DNA from: Octopus sinensis
Taxonomy: Eukaryota
NCBI RefSeq assembly: GCF_006345805.1
Contig: NC_042997.1
Span: 74,710,001-74,774,000, forward strand
DNA length: 64,000 nt
Direction of reading: 5' to 3'
The translations under genes and the position numbers were made by a program. Under the pieces are notes generated by a model that did no database searches, was not told the DNA's origin, and worked only from the letters and a program-made list of their open reading frames with translations. Positions 38,649 through 53,600 of this stretch are shown here, in pieces. Every line of letters starts with the position of its first letter. The stretch's first letter is position 1.

Positions 38649-41600
38649 GCTCCCAAACAAGCAAACAAAAAGAATGCAGCTTGGATAATGGACAGAGTCA
38701 ACAAGAATTGTAAACGTTGCAAGATGCATAGAAAATTTTAGGAAAAATAAATAAGTAAATGAGTGGAAACTTTACCAGCGAGTGTGTTAAATAAGGTACT
38801 AAAAGAGAATGACTCTCCCCAGACACAACAAAATATGCTTCAACACACAAACTCACATAAAGAATCTTGTAAACCAAATCCCAAAACGAAATATATCATT
38901 CAATAATGGTAGTGGCTGAATATATTTTTAAGTTCACCATTTCGTCAATTGCAGCAGCTTCCAAGCTCCACCACTAATTTAGTTCTCAACTAAATTGCTC
39001 CACTTTGGCATAAATAGTTTGAGATTTGGTTCAGTAGAAAAATAGTTACATCAAAATATCTGCGACCTCAAAGGAGACAGTAAGGCAGATATTCATCTTC
39101 AATTAACATAAATTTTTGAATTTTAAATTATAAGTATACCTTCCTTAGGCTTAAATGATAGAAAAATGCAAGAGGAATTCAGAATCGCTAGTCGCTATGA
39201 ACAAAAATTAGTAGAAAAAGAGTTATGAGGTAAAATATTACAAAATTTCATGTCAGTAAGTAAGGGAGTAATGCTTAAGCAATAAGAATAAAGAATATAT
39301 TTCTAAAATGAATGCTTAATTTCTAAGGTGGTGAGCTGGCAGAAAGGTTAGCACGCCAGGCAACAATGCTTAATAGTATTTTGTCTGTCTTTATGATTTT
39401 GAGTTCAAACTTCGCCGAGGTCGACTTTCATGTACAGATTATTTAATTAATTTTTTTTAACTAAACACTTTCAAACTTCCGATACTGGTAGAATGTGTCA
39501 CATAGAACAGTGTTTATTTTTAATGTTTTTGACAACATTTTGTATTTTAGAAGTTATTTCGTCAGAAGTTACAGAGTGACAATAGACAAATTTGTGTTTC
39601 ATAAGTACCAATACACAAAACTCTCAGCTTCTGACTTACTCTCCAACTTCTGCCGATGATATATATATACATATAACATATATGTGTAAAAATCTCTCAT
39701 CACGCAATTGAACCAATGAAAGAGCCTCTACCTGGTCGCTCGGCACGCTAAAAATAGCAGCCAAAGTATTCCCCTACCTAAATCACATGCCTATTGTATG
39801 TAATGTCCTAGATTATCCCTAAAAAGACGGTTGGCTGAAGGCTGGAATGTCTTTGATGATACGTTTGCAGTATCAAGGTTTATTTGAAGCTAAATAACAT
39901 TATGGTCAATTTCTATATTAACACCTGCATGATTTTCACTAAGAAAGAAAAAAAATTTGCTTTTTTGCATGGAATCAAGTACCCTGATTTCCTAATATAC
40001 TGCAAATCCTTTATTTTGCTTCAGAAAAAATTAGATGGTGGTGGTTCTCTCCCAATCCCAGAATCATTGGAAATTTTTTTTCGTTGAATTCCTGTGACCT
40101 CCTAATATTGCAAAATTAGGTTACTTAAGGTGAGCCTGACAAATGATGGTTTTGGGGTCTTGTTGATTGTAACTTTTGGTGAGCCATGGTGCAACCAACA
40201 ACATGGTAAAAATCCCTGCCATTAATTAGGTGTGGATGGGTAATATCAAATAATTCAATCACAACATATATTTAAATTAAACACACAAAAAATTGAAATA
40301 TTATCTTTCAGTATTTTATATGGTAAAATCTTAAATTATTAATTATCTTATAACAGCAATGCCTGGAAAAATCATGGATTACTTGGAAAAATGCAAGCAT
40401 GAAAAACCATATTCTTAAGATTATAAACCTGGAAAAGTACAAGACAAGTTATTACACCTGTAAAAATATAGGACAAGCTGTTACTTCTAGTAAAGTAAAG
40501 AATAAGAAACTTTTTACTTAAAATATTGCAGCTAAAATTAAAATTTGAATATTAAAACTTATTCTATTATAGTTTACATATAACACTATACTTATTTAAG
40601 CAGAATTTGGCTAATTTACTACCTTAAATGCAAAAAAAGTGACTAATTAGACAAACTTACAAATCAGCTGAACAGTTTTGTACAATAAATTTAAAACATG
40701 AGAACTGTAAAGGGTGATAAATTAGAAGAGTGCGTTAAATTATAAGACACAAAAATAAAATGACTCTCCCCAGACACAACAGAACATATATTTATATGTA
40801 CACATGCAAACACCAGATAAAAACGTGCACATAAATGTTCTTCTCGACAAGTATGCATACATCAATATGTACACATATAAATGCAAGAATGTACATACTC
40901 ATGTTCCCCAACCATCCATATGCACACAGACCCATATTTGCGTCTTAAACACATACACACATACATATATACAGCAAGTACTAATGTACATGTATTCACA
41001 CATGTAGACACACACACACTCATACAAATGATGTACACACAGCTGATACATGCATCCACATATTCGCACATATGAGTATTCACACATGGCTGATATGCAC
41101 CAACACTCATATGTACACACACCAAAGAGCTGATGCCACCTACCTGCCAGCTTATACCCTCTACACACATATGAATAGCAGATACATATACATAGACACC
41201 CACATCTACACACTCATACAGCTGGTATACACACACACACACACATACACTCTTGCTGGTGATGGATGTTATGTCCTGCAAATTCCTTCAAAAACTGGCC
41301 AGACAGCATGATGTCATCAGCTTCCTCTTCAGCTATTCAGTTCATGAAATTCCACTTTTTCATGCATTTTGTTTCACTGGACTCACTTCTAATAACACCA
41401 TATGACCTGCCTTGACCAATAGCAGCCCAGTTTCTGACAGTCACCTCAGACTTCCTCCATTTAGCTGAGTCCAATGAGCTAGGTTTCTGTAAGGAGCCTA
41501 CAAAACTTGAAGCTGTATGGGACCAAATCAAACTTCTTTAAATGACAATATATGTAACTCATACTAAATGTGCTGAATGTCTATTACTTTTGTTTGTCCA

Positions 41601-44600
41601 CTCACCCCTACAAGTGCTCCTGACCCTGTTGAGTTCCACCCACAAATGTCTGATAGAGAGACAACCACCACTGTACTCATAGAAAAACAGATACCACCAA
41701 GGATACCCTGGTTCATGACAATTCCTTTTGAGTGAAGAAAGAAGGCAATCCACTGTTCAACATTTTTATGGGAAACTGTGATGAGGCTAAAACTAGAAAC
41801 CTCATCAGGCTATCTTGGATATCCTCAAGGAAAGCAAGAAATTATTTTAGGTGCAGCAATGTCAAAGGAAGGCTAACTAGGAATATAGTTTTTGTATGTG
41901 GTAGATGCTCTGGTGCAATAAACACTGAAAATGCGCAGAGACCATCTTCCGCCACATTCCAGGGAGAAAAACTTGAAATAGTTGATAGTTTCCGTTACCT
42001 AGGTGACCAAGTCAGTAGCGGGGGCGGGTGTGCCGAAAGTGTAACTGCTAGAGTAAGAATAGCCTGGGCAAAGTTCAGAGAGCTCTTACCTCTGCTGGTG
42101 ACAAAAGGCCTCTCGCTCAGAATAAAAGGCAGACTGTATGACGCATGTGTGCGAACAGCCATGCTACATGGCAGTGAAACATGGGCCGTGACTGCTGAGG
42201 ATATGCGTAAGCTCGCAAGAAATGAAGCCAGTATGCTCCGTTGGATGTGTAATGTCAGTGTTCATACCCGACAGAGTGTAAGTGCCTTGAGAGGAAAGTT
42301 GGACCTAAGAAGTATCAGATGTGGTGTGCAAGAGAGACGTCTACACTGGTATGGACACGTAGTAAGAATGTATGAAGATAGTTGTGTGAAAAAGAGCCAC
42401 ACCCTTGCGGTTGAGGGAACCTGTGGAAGAGGTAGACCCAGGAAAACCTGGGACGAGGTGGTGAAGAATGACCTTCGCTCTATAGGTCTCACCGAGGAAA
42501 TGACCAGAGACCGAGACCTTTGGAAGTATGCTGTGCGCGAGAAGACCCGGCAGGACAAGTGAGGCCATAACCCATGGCCCCTACCTGGGACATAGTCAGT
42601 CCACCTGTGCATACCTTCCTTCTTGGGACACATAACTCTACTTGTGAAGACCTGTTGAGGCAAGTGAAAATCAAAAATCAAAGAATCAAATCAAAATCGA
42701 TGAACATCAATGGAATTTGTAGTTTTGTGGTACCAGTGCCGGTGGCACATAAGAAAACCATCCGAACGTGGCTGTAGCCAATACCGCATCAACTGACCTC
42801 CGTGCTGGTGGCACGTAACAAACACCATCCGATCATGGCCGTGCCAGCCTCGCCTGGCCTCCGTGCCGGTGGCACATAAAAAACACCATCCGAGCATGGC
42901 CGTTCGCCAGCCTCGTCTGGCACCTGTGTCAGTGGCACATAAAAAGCACCCACTACACTCACGGAGTGGTTGGCGTTAGGAAGGGCATCCAGCTGACTGG
43001 CCTGGTGCCACCTTCGGGCTTCCCAGACCCCCAGTTGAACCGTCCAACCCATGCTAGCATGGAAAGTGGACGTTAAACGATGATGATGATGCAGCTCATG
43101 GAGAAAACTGAAAGCATCATCAAGCAAATGCACTGGAAGGCATTCTTCTTTGAGACTCCATCCATCATTACACCCACAGACAAGTTCAGCTTAAAATCTT
43201 GAAAGTACCCTCAAGGCAAAAATTAAGTAATCACATAACGTACACATCCTTGCAGACAAAACAACATTTATGAAACAAGCATTTCCACACATACAAGGCT
43301 TGTCACAAACACAATCACCAAGACATACAAGAAAACTAGCACCTCCACATACAATGACACAAATACAGAAGGAGCTAGCCATTCTTCTTAATATAGAGGA
43401 TTGTGTGAACAATGTTTCCATATGACCCCCACCATATTACACTTAAGAATCAGAAACCCAATTTCCTCTCCAACTCCAAATGCAGGTTGATCAACCCTTC
43501 TAAGAGCAAGATAGGCATTGTCAGTAAGCAAATTCTTGATACTATCAACTCAAATATTAGAAGGTCTCAGGGCTGATTCAATTGGATTTCAGCACAGCTG
43601 TGATCAACTGGTTCCATGGTATTGAGAATAAATCAGCCTGCAGATTCACAGTTTGATATCATGGACTTCTACCCTTCTATATCGAAATCTCTTCTTCTGA
43701 AGTCCCTGGATTTTGGTAGACAATTTGCCAATATATATGACCTTGATGTCAGAATCATCATGAATGTCAGAAAGTCGATCCTGGTTCATAATGATTCCTT
43801 CTGAGTGAAGAAAGGTGATCCACTGTTTAACATTTCTATGGGAAACTATGATAGGGCTGTGATTGCCAACATCATCAGACTATTTTGGATACTCTCATGA
43901 GAAACAAACATTCACACATGTCAGCACATTACAGGGACAACAGCCTTGCAATCTAAGCCATTTGAATGGTCATGCTATAGAGAAGTTTAGGAAGGACCTC
44001 ATAAAAATATTTTAAAAAATTTGGCCATAACAGTTACTATTAACGTCAACCACAGTTGACTTCTTAGACCTGGAAATGGACAAGTACTACCCTTACAGAA
44101 AGTCCAAAGAGGAATCTGTGTACATCTACAGAAGCTTGAATAATCCCCCACTGTAATTAGAAACTTAGTTTCAAGCATTAGCAGAAAAATCTCAGTTTTC
44201 AGCCAATAGGGAGATATTCAACAGGGCCACCCAACACTCTACAATGAGACATTAGCAAGGAGCAGATTTTCAGAGAAGTTAGCATATATGGATGACCCAA
44301 AACCTCCACCTCTATACCCAAAGAAGACCAGAAAGAGAAAGAAAATGTGGTTCAACCCGCCATGTAACCTAGAAGTTTCCAACATCACAACTAGGAGCTT
44401 TCTGTCATTTATTATGAAGCATTTCTCCAAGGACCATAAGTACTATAAACTTTTCAACTCACATAACATCAACATCACTTCAAACATTGCACACTACAAT
44501 AGTTACAAACTTACACCCACACAACCTGTAATTTCCAAAACCCTACCAGCAACCAGCCAGGAGGATCTTGCCTCTCAAGGGCTGTAGTCCACAGAGCCAC

Positions 44601-47600
44601 CTTCACACCATCCAAAAGCACCACAAGGCACAACATAGGCATGACATCCAATGACTTCAAGGGAAGGTACACACAGCATATAGATTCACTTCAATGCAGG
44701 GATAGAGAGAATTCCACCTCTTTGTCTCATTTCCTCTGGAGATTTTGTGACCTCCAGAGTGAAACCCCCAACATCGAATAAACCATTGTCAACAAAACTC
44801 CACCTTACTCACTTGATACCCACAATTGCTAGTTCTGTCTCCACAAAAGAGTGCATATTCTCCATCAACCTGCAGTATCTATCAACAGGTAATATGAACT
44901 ATCTTATTGCTGTCATCAAAAGTACACCCCCTAGTGAACTTCAAACCACCGGCAGCAGGCAACCCAGATATACCACCTTAACATTGATTATACTTCAACA
45001 CTGGCTACCCCATAATCAAGAGCAGGGCTCCCATTCACTGATGGCTGCACAGACCACAGGCTTACCTTCCAAACTTATGCATACCCTGTAACATCTGGGA
45101 GACATAGGGTACATGCACACACACACTCACTTGCACATACATCTATGTACATATGCTTTTCTTCTTTTTCTTTCTTCCCTTAAGACTATCAAGCCTCAAT
45201 TCCATGCCAAACCCCCTCGTGCCATCAGTAACACTATTGCAATTACACTAAGATGCACCAGCCAAGCTCACACAACATAAATACCAAAAGCATGAATATA
45301 TATGTATACAGACACACATCAGTTAAAAGTATGCATGCATACGTGTTCTTTCAGACAAATATGCACACATCCATATATACACATGTAAATACAAGAATGT
45401 ACACGCTCATGTTCACCAATCATCCATTCACACATACAACCCCACACACACTTACATCTTAAACACATGTACACACATACACACAGATAAAATAGGAACT
45501 AATGCACATGTATTTACACACACACCCATACAGCTGATATACACAGCTAACTCTTATAGCCACATATTCACACACACAGGTACTAACATGGGTCAGCAGC
45601 AGTTCATTGCAACTTCATAACTGGATTTTGTGTGCAACTATCTACAGATACAGGATGACAATGCTAAGCAAAGATGTGTATAAATACAAATTTGTTACCA
45701 GTTCAAATATGCTTGAGACACATTCAAATCCATAAGAAAACCATTCACCTAGCTTTGTCATGAAAAAAATTTGAGATTCATCAGTATAGAGGAGCTCCAA
45801 TGAACAACTAGTTTTAAAATTTCTCTTTTATGGCTTGGAGGAATATGATAACCAAGTGGGAGCTGAGAAACGAGCCCTGGTCAACTCCTACCTGAAAGCT
45901 AAATTTATTTTTATACTCATAGCTGACTTTCATTTTACTGACAATATCCCTGGACACTGTTTGGATGGCTCTTACCAGCCATTCATCTACCCTTAGCTTC
46001 TGATGCAACCACTAAATGAGAGAGTAAGTGACTCTGTCTAAGACTTTATTCAAGTCAACAAAAGCCAAGTACAGTAGTTTATTTTCAGCTTAATGTTTCT
46101 CCTGTATTTCCTTACTAGGAAGGGAGCATCTGTAGTGCTTCTTCCTCGCACAAAACCAAACAGCATCTCATCTAGGCTAACTCTCTCCTTAATTAGTTGA
46201 ACTAACATTTTCTGTTAATTTCAAGACCTGGTCTTACAATCTGATACCTCTGTAATTACTTCTGTCTGAGATGTATACTTTACCTTTGTAGCAACTGACT
46301 ATGATGCTACTACACCAGTCATTGAATATGACAATCTTTCTGTACAACACTATATCCCACTCCACAAGATATTTTAGGCATACTTGATGTACCAGAGTCT
46401 TTCCTTTTCTCCATATCCTTAATTACTTAGTCTATTGTTTAACTGTCAATTTGGATAACTAGTCCCTCTGTTGGGTCCACATTAGGAAGATTCTCCTTCT
46501 CCTATGCATTCTCCACATTTTGTAGACTTTTATAGTGGAACTTCGATACCTTTCTTTCAAGAACCATTAACTGCAAGTGTACCATATTCCATCCATACAC
46601 ACTTCTTTCCTACAACATCATAACTTTCTCTGATGCATTGTGTTGCAATGTGGAACACCTCATACCACAAAATATTAGCAAACCTCTTCCTTTCTGTCTC
46701 ATCTCTAGCTAAATATACCTATCACCTAGCTTCTTTTCTAGCTATCTTGTAGAGTTATCTGCTACCCCCATTCTACCAGTCCTCCTATGGCTGTGTTTTT
46801 GCTTTTATAACTTCATCTACTTCATTGTTCTACCACCGTGTCACTCTTTATGTCCGAAACTTTACACCAACTGCAAATTCCAATAACCTTGTTCCCTCTT
46901 TATTTTGGGAACCAACTCCATTTCTTCCATGTACATCATGGAAGCCACCAGGATACTGTCTAACATACTCACTAAAGTTACCAACCAAGATAATCAAGTC
47001 AATGTCATTTGTCATTGATGTAGTCATTGTTTGTCTAGCATTACCAGTTGAGGAACATGGATAGAGATAATAGTTGCCGTTGTATATTGTATGACTAGTC
47101 TAAGCGTAAGTATCTTATGTTGATCACTTGATCCATCCATTTCTCAACTAAAAGTATGCTCACACTATTGCCTTCCCAAAAGATTTTATACCTATGTTCT
47201 TTGCCTATGATGAGTTTGGCTGAGGTTCTCCTAACTTACTTCATGCATGCAGCACATATCTATGTACCTCCTTTAAACAGTCTCACCTGACCTGTTTTTC
47301 CATGTGCCTACATTGACTCTAAGGATGCAAATGGGATGGAAAGAGTGAGCAGGAATCCATGGGACAGTATTCAGATCCTGAAAAGGAGAAGGTTTGCAAG
47401 GACATTTGCCTGAAGGTATATTGGTTACGCAAATGAAATATTACCTTCAAATTTTGGCACAAGGCCAGCAATTTTGGGGGAGGGGCAAGTCGATTGCATT
47501 GACCCCAGTACTCAACTGGTACATACAATCCTGAGAGGATGAAAGGCAAAGTCAACCCTGGCTGAATTTGAATACAGAATGTAAAGATGGATAAAATGCC

Positions 47601-50600
47601 ACTAAACATTTTGTCTGGTGTGCTAACAATTCTACCAGCTCACTGCCGTACACAAATCAAGTATTATCACTCATCTGAACCACCATTTGCTCATATCCTG
47701 AAATATTCAAGGCCACATAGTTATAGAAAGAAGGAAGGGTTGAGGGAGAGAAGAAGAAAAGAGAAAATTGGGAAAGAAAGGTCTAATGTAAATCTAGCAT
47801 TATGATGGTGTGGGAAAGGGGGTAGGTGACATGGAGAAATATGGTGAAAAGATAGTAACAGCAGGTTATTAAGTCTCAATTGTTTGCCATGGTGAAAATA
47901 CTCACTTTACGCAAAAACGTTTAAACACACAAAGTGAGTTATGAGTTATCTTTATGGACTGGTAGATGTATTTCAAGCTTTTTTGTTATCTTTTCAGTAC
48001 CAGATACCAAGTGGAGCAATTCTAAACTGACTGGAAGACTTATCTTTCTTATAAGAAATCAGTAAAAGTATCTACTGACTGCAAGCTTCAGCTGCCAAGC
48101 TGGTTCAGATATGTTTGGGACACATTTGTGCTCTCTTCAATACCAGTTACTAAGCAGGGAAAACTGACTGAAAGGCTTAGTTGATAACTGATTGAATGCT
48201 TCAGCCTGATGTGGTAAACCACAGTGAATATGGAACTATGTTAGTGTCCAGGTCACAGTTAGTGACACAAAAATTTTGACACCAAATAGTGACAGTTTAA
48301 GTGGAGTTAATGGTTTTGTGTGTTTTGAATGACTAATATTTGTATTTCAAGCTGGAATTGTTTTATCACAATATTACAGTGAGTTGTATAAAAATTTCTT
48401 GATTTTTCCATTATCTTTTACCAGGATATTAAAACTATGTCTCAGCCTACTTAAAACAGCATAAATCTAATCTCTTATACCAACTTTTAATTCTCTTATT
48501 GTCAGTCACTTCTTCCTCCATTTTTATACTCTAGACAATGTGATAAAACATTTCCTGGCCAAAATCTTAACATACTGAGAAAATTGGATTTTAGATTGTA
48601 ATTAATGACTCAGATAAAAGAACCAAGAAGTAGATAACCTGGGAACAGTTTGCAAAGGTGCAAATATCAATGTTATACTGCTCGATACTTAGCATGATAC
48701 CCTTTTACCTGCAAAACAACAGCAATGTGGTCTGGCATATCTTTGACCTAATTTTTGAGAAATCATGTGTTATTTCTTGTGTCTAAAACTGCAGTGTCTT
48801 CTGTATTAAATGCAAAATGGTGAAGCATTATAAGTTGGAATTTTGTTTATGATCTCATACATTTTCTCTAGTTCTCAGGAAAGGAGATAATTGAGAGCAT
48901 TTATCCAATAGCTCCAAGCTAGTCTTTCATGCATTTTTCATTATGGCAGAGTGTACCATTCTGCTGGAATATAGAGTAGTTTTAAGTAATCATATGAATA
49001 GACAACTTCTTCAGATTATCCACTTTTTAAAGTTTATGTTCATATCTTGGGGTATTATCAAAACATTGGCAGAAATGGCTCCTTATATCATAATAGATAG
49101 GCATTGCTTAGCTCTTAAAGTCCACTGCTATGTAAAGCAATAATTTAAAGCATTTTTCATGTGACTATTCAAAGAGTTTCATTTACCTTGCATGAATGAA
49201 ATTATAAAATATTTTCATTGATAATATGTAATCAAAATTAATTAGCTTTTTCACTTTGAAATATTTAGTCATATATATAAATGTAAACACCAACATCTCA
49301 CAATGATCTGAGTTTACTTCTGGTTTCATTATAGCCAATTATTATTTAAATCATCAATAAAAATATCAAATTGGTAAATATGAATTGCCAAAAAAAACCC
49401 AAAAAAATAAATTTAAGTTATCAGTGTTGTTTTTGATCATTTATTTACACTTGTTACACCTGTGTAATTTAGTATTTTTAAGTTTAATTATCTAATTTAA
49501 TTTATAAAGAACCCTTATTTATTAATAATGCTGTTATGATATATTCAGGTTCCATATTAGTTAAGAAGATATCAAGCAACATAGGAAATAACTTTCTATG
49601 CAAAGATATAGCTTACCTCCAGGTCAAAGTTAACTGCAACTAACTTGTTTGTATAATCTCTTGTTATTAAAGGCTGTTCCAAGTTGAATTCACAGATTTT
49701 ATCAACATTGTTTGCCCATTTCTCAAAGCACTGTTTTTCAAATCTGAAATATGGAAGGATCATGTCATTAGCCAGCAATAAAGGCACCAATAACACAACT
49801 GATTTTGTATAAAGTGTATGTGGAACTAATTTGGGATTTCATTAGCTGCACAGTTATTTTAATGGAAACTTTGCTTTTCCAGCTGCATGATGCCAGGCAG
49901 TCACAAGAGCTTCCCTGTTAATAAGAAACCCTTGATCAGATCTGATGAAGTAAACACATGATGCTCATGTAGTTAGAACTCATTATTTTGGGTAATTTGC
50001 TAATACTTTGATCCAGATGTTTCTATGCTTCTATGCAAAGGTTAATTATATGGGGTATGATGTGACAGTGTGGAAATGTACTCTCTCCACTCTCTATTTT
50101 ATTTCTGTATGCCTATAGATTCTGATATTTGATATATTTTGTGATTGCTGATAAATGAGATAGTGGATTTGGCAGGTTAGTTGCTTTGGATCCAGGTTCC
50201 TGTGTAATTAATGTGGGTTTAGAGTAGATGTGCAGCTGTATTTGAAGAATGGTTGAGAAGAACTGAATGTGATATTATCTGCATATGAGGTTGTCTGCAT
50301 GTTCTGTGGAAATGTGAAAATATTATATAGGTAAGGATCAAAAAGAGAAGGTAAGAGGATGAATTTCAAATTTTGGTTGTGCTGATATTAATAGCCTATC
50401 AGCTAGCCATATGTTTTGTTGTTTCTGAAAGATGTGCAGAGCATTGTATGTAAAAGTGGGTAGAATTTTTCCACCATGTGATACACCAATTGTTAAAGAA
50501 TACAGCATTTCAATATTCACTCTTTTAAAGAAAGCAATAAACTATGAGACCACAAAATAATAAATCAGTGACTTGAGTTAACTCTTTCAATGGAAAAGTT

Positions 50601-53600
50601 TATTGATGGAAATGATTAGGTATGGTAGAACTCAGAATTAATTTTACTACCTCTGCTAGTGATTATTGTGGAACAAAGAATGGGAGTCAGAAATGTTACT
50701 GAGATTAGGAACTAGCAAATCAGGCTCTACCAGATTTACCAGTTCCTCAGGAGTTGTGAGGCATTGTGATATATCAAAGACTATCTCTGCCACTCTATTG
50801 CTTTTCCAAACAAAAAAAAGCTTGTTATTACATTTGAGTGGTTTAACCTCATTTTGTATAGGCATATATGTTGATCATTTTATCATATAATGAGAGGACC
50901 ATCAGAAATTAACCAAAGAAGTAGAGGCCATAGAAAAAGCATCTAAAAGGAAGAATGATCATAAGGAGTCTCATTAGTATCAGTAGAAAACCAAATCAAA
51001 TCAATGGATTCTGGAAGATTTTTAGGACTAATACTATTTTTGAAAATAGCAACTGCTTTTTGGGATATTAGGAAAATAATTAAGGATCTCACTTCATCCA
51101 AAACACAAGTTTCTTTTTATAGAGAGGAATTCTATGCATATTTTGCCAAAAATGTTTCTTTTCTTTTTGTCCTTGCAAGATAGAGATATATTCAGATGTT
51201 TGGTGCATGGCTCAAATGCCTTTAGATTTCTATCCTGATCTTCTTTAGAGTTATTACATGGGATATCATTTAGATACAAGTTAGTAGGAATAACAATCTT
51301 TATTCCATAGTAGCAGCTGATAACAGGCATGATTCATGTCTGCGTTGCTGTGAATATATGATCATAGGTATTAAAGTTCTTAAGGATCAATACAAGATAA
51401 AAAGAGTATGAATAATAGATAAATCAATGTCCAAGCATTATTTGTTGGGGATATGTTACTACAAGTAAGCTCTTCACATTAAGTTACTGGTTTCTATGAT
51501 GCCTCCTTTGAGTAATTAATTTATTTCTTGCCTTATGAATTTGCAGTCATTCAGAGTACCCTTGAATAATGGATATGGTAATAAATTTGGCATTTGGAGT
51601 TAAATTAGTGAAGAATGCAACTGGTGAAATCTTTGTATTAGCAAGATTTGACAATACTAGAGTGGCTTCCAAACCATTAAATTTAAATATGGCAAAAAAT
51701 GTTGAAACATTAAACTCTGTCCCAGTATTAAATCCTAGCAGAACCTAGACATTAATAGTGATTGCTGTTTCTACCTTTTTCTACACAAGAAATACTTTTA
51801 AATGGCTTAATGATTAAAACCGTTCCACTTAGCAATCAATATTAGCTTGGATAAACTTGTCAGTGCTTCCACTACTAGGCTAATTACAATATTAAGGGAG
51901 ATATTCTAATAAAGCAGAATTAAACAAATTTGAAGAGATTAATGCATTTCAAATTGGTTTACCTGGTTTATATTGTCATACTAAATATTTATAATATGCA
52001 AGATTCATATACAAGAAAAATTGCCTTTTCCTAAAACATAAGACATATGGCATTTCTAGCTGACATTTTCTGTGATCATGTCTATCCTCCCTATCAATAA
52101 AAAAAGCACTTCCAGAAAGCAATTGCTGGAATAGGTTCCTATTTAGTATCCTCTTTTCTAACAGTAGTATTGTTTAACTCTTTACAATTCAGATTATTAT
52201 GTCAAATGTAATGCATATTTATTCATATTGTTTTGAATTAATCCTGCATTACCTTGTGGCTTTGAGATTTCAATGCTATAGCCAGTTTGAATATATTAAG
52301 GCTGGATATAACCAGTTTAAACACTAAAGGGTTAAAAGACACTCTAAATGTAAACAGTGACATTATCTCTGGCTCATAAAATAGTTGTTTCTAAATATCT
52401 GTTTCTTCAAGTAGCTGCAACTGAGCTATGATTCATCATGCTGTGCCAGGAATCTTTGTCTCCCATTAGCTTTGATAGGTCCTCATTTTCACTTTGAGTA
52501 TCTCTACTAATAACAGCAATGCTGTCGAGAAGTTTTCATCTTCCAACAGAGTTTTCAAAATATATCTGATGTTCAGTATGAAAGAGTAAGCCAGCAAAAC
52601 CTACTTTGCCTGGAGCAACAATATAGAAATTGGTGTCTATAAATTTCTTCCTTGATCTTGTGCTTATACCATAAGAGGCTCTGAGCTCTCATAAGAAATC
52701 TGGTGTATTTGGCATCAAGGCAATCTTAAGGCTCCTTTTCCATAATCCAGTTTTGGCTTCGTAGAGAAGGATACTCTCAATACAAACCCTGAAGTATTTT
52801 AAAATCAACCCTTGTTGATTTGAAAATACTTGATTGCCAGATGTTTTTGAAGTTTGTTATATGCACTCCAGACATGTCTTTTGCATGTCAAAAAGTCATT
52901 CTTACTGTCAACAACATAGGATGCAAGGTATTCATTGACCTTGAATTGATTATTACTACTGTAAGAAACAGACAGATGGCTTTCATACTCATTGATGATT
53001 GTGTCCTCATTTTTCTCTTTTGCATTGAGAAACAATCTAACTTTGGCTGCAGTATTCTCAAGAGAAGTCAACAAGTCTTGCATATCACACAGTTGATGAG
53101 CTTTGAGAGTAAGACCATCAGCATGGTTGAGATCAGAGTGATACGTCTTCTGTTGATATCTTGACCACTTCTGCGTCATGGTGAGGCCTTTGTCTGGAAT
53201 CAGGTGAAGACTTGGCTTAAGGATGTAGTCCACTACAATCACAAAGAGGAAAGAAGCTAGGGTATCCCTTTCAAGGATTATTGCTGTTGAATCCTCTGTG
53301 CTTTGCACAAAGCTTGATTAGCTTTCAGACATGAAGGTTTTGATAATATCATCTGGGATGCGAGAGTTCAATAGAATATGTAAAATAGTCCTTCTGTTAC
53401 TATTATAAAATGCCTTAAACAATCCCCAAATACAAATGATGCTTTTGCTAAGAGACTCTGAGTTCTTCTATGATTCTTGTAAAAGCAAGGATATCTCTTT
53501 ACAAAAAGTGTTTTGGTCCTGTTCTAGGGTGGAATCAAGTGAGATTTTTGAGATTAGAGGTGAGAGTGTAATTTCTTCGTAGTTCTGAGGGAGTTAAAGA

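Noticed and set aside
41732-42562. 276-aa ORF as a novel fusion protein
   Set aside because: It is a chance in-frame junction between a PLE RT remnant ([13 protein letters not shown]) and a 5'-truncated RTE starting at about 41849; there is no evidence of expression.
42735-42950. CRISPR-like array (palindromic repeat with variable spacers)
   Set aside because: The spacers are homologous to each other, the units are part of an RTE 3' UTR, the host is an animal and there are no cas genes.
43795-43810. In-frame TGA shared by two diverged Naiad-like RT copies (also about 41728) as selenocysteine recoding
   Set aside because: The position corresponds to Trp (WxKK), not Cys; both copies are otherwise broken and I see no SECIS.
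12141-49616. Nested host gene on the plus strand of the giant intron
   Set aside because: All longer ORFs are TE-derived, antisense shadows or low complexity, and I found no chain of spliceable exons. Small exons cannot be excluded without RNA data.
49942-49980. CTGATGA-hairpin-GAAC hammerhead candidate
   Set aside because: An essential A of GAAA is missing, and there is no helix I or III.
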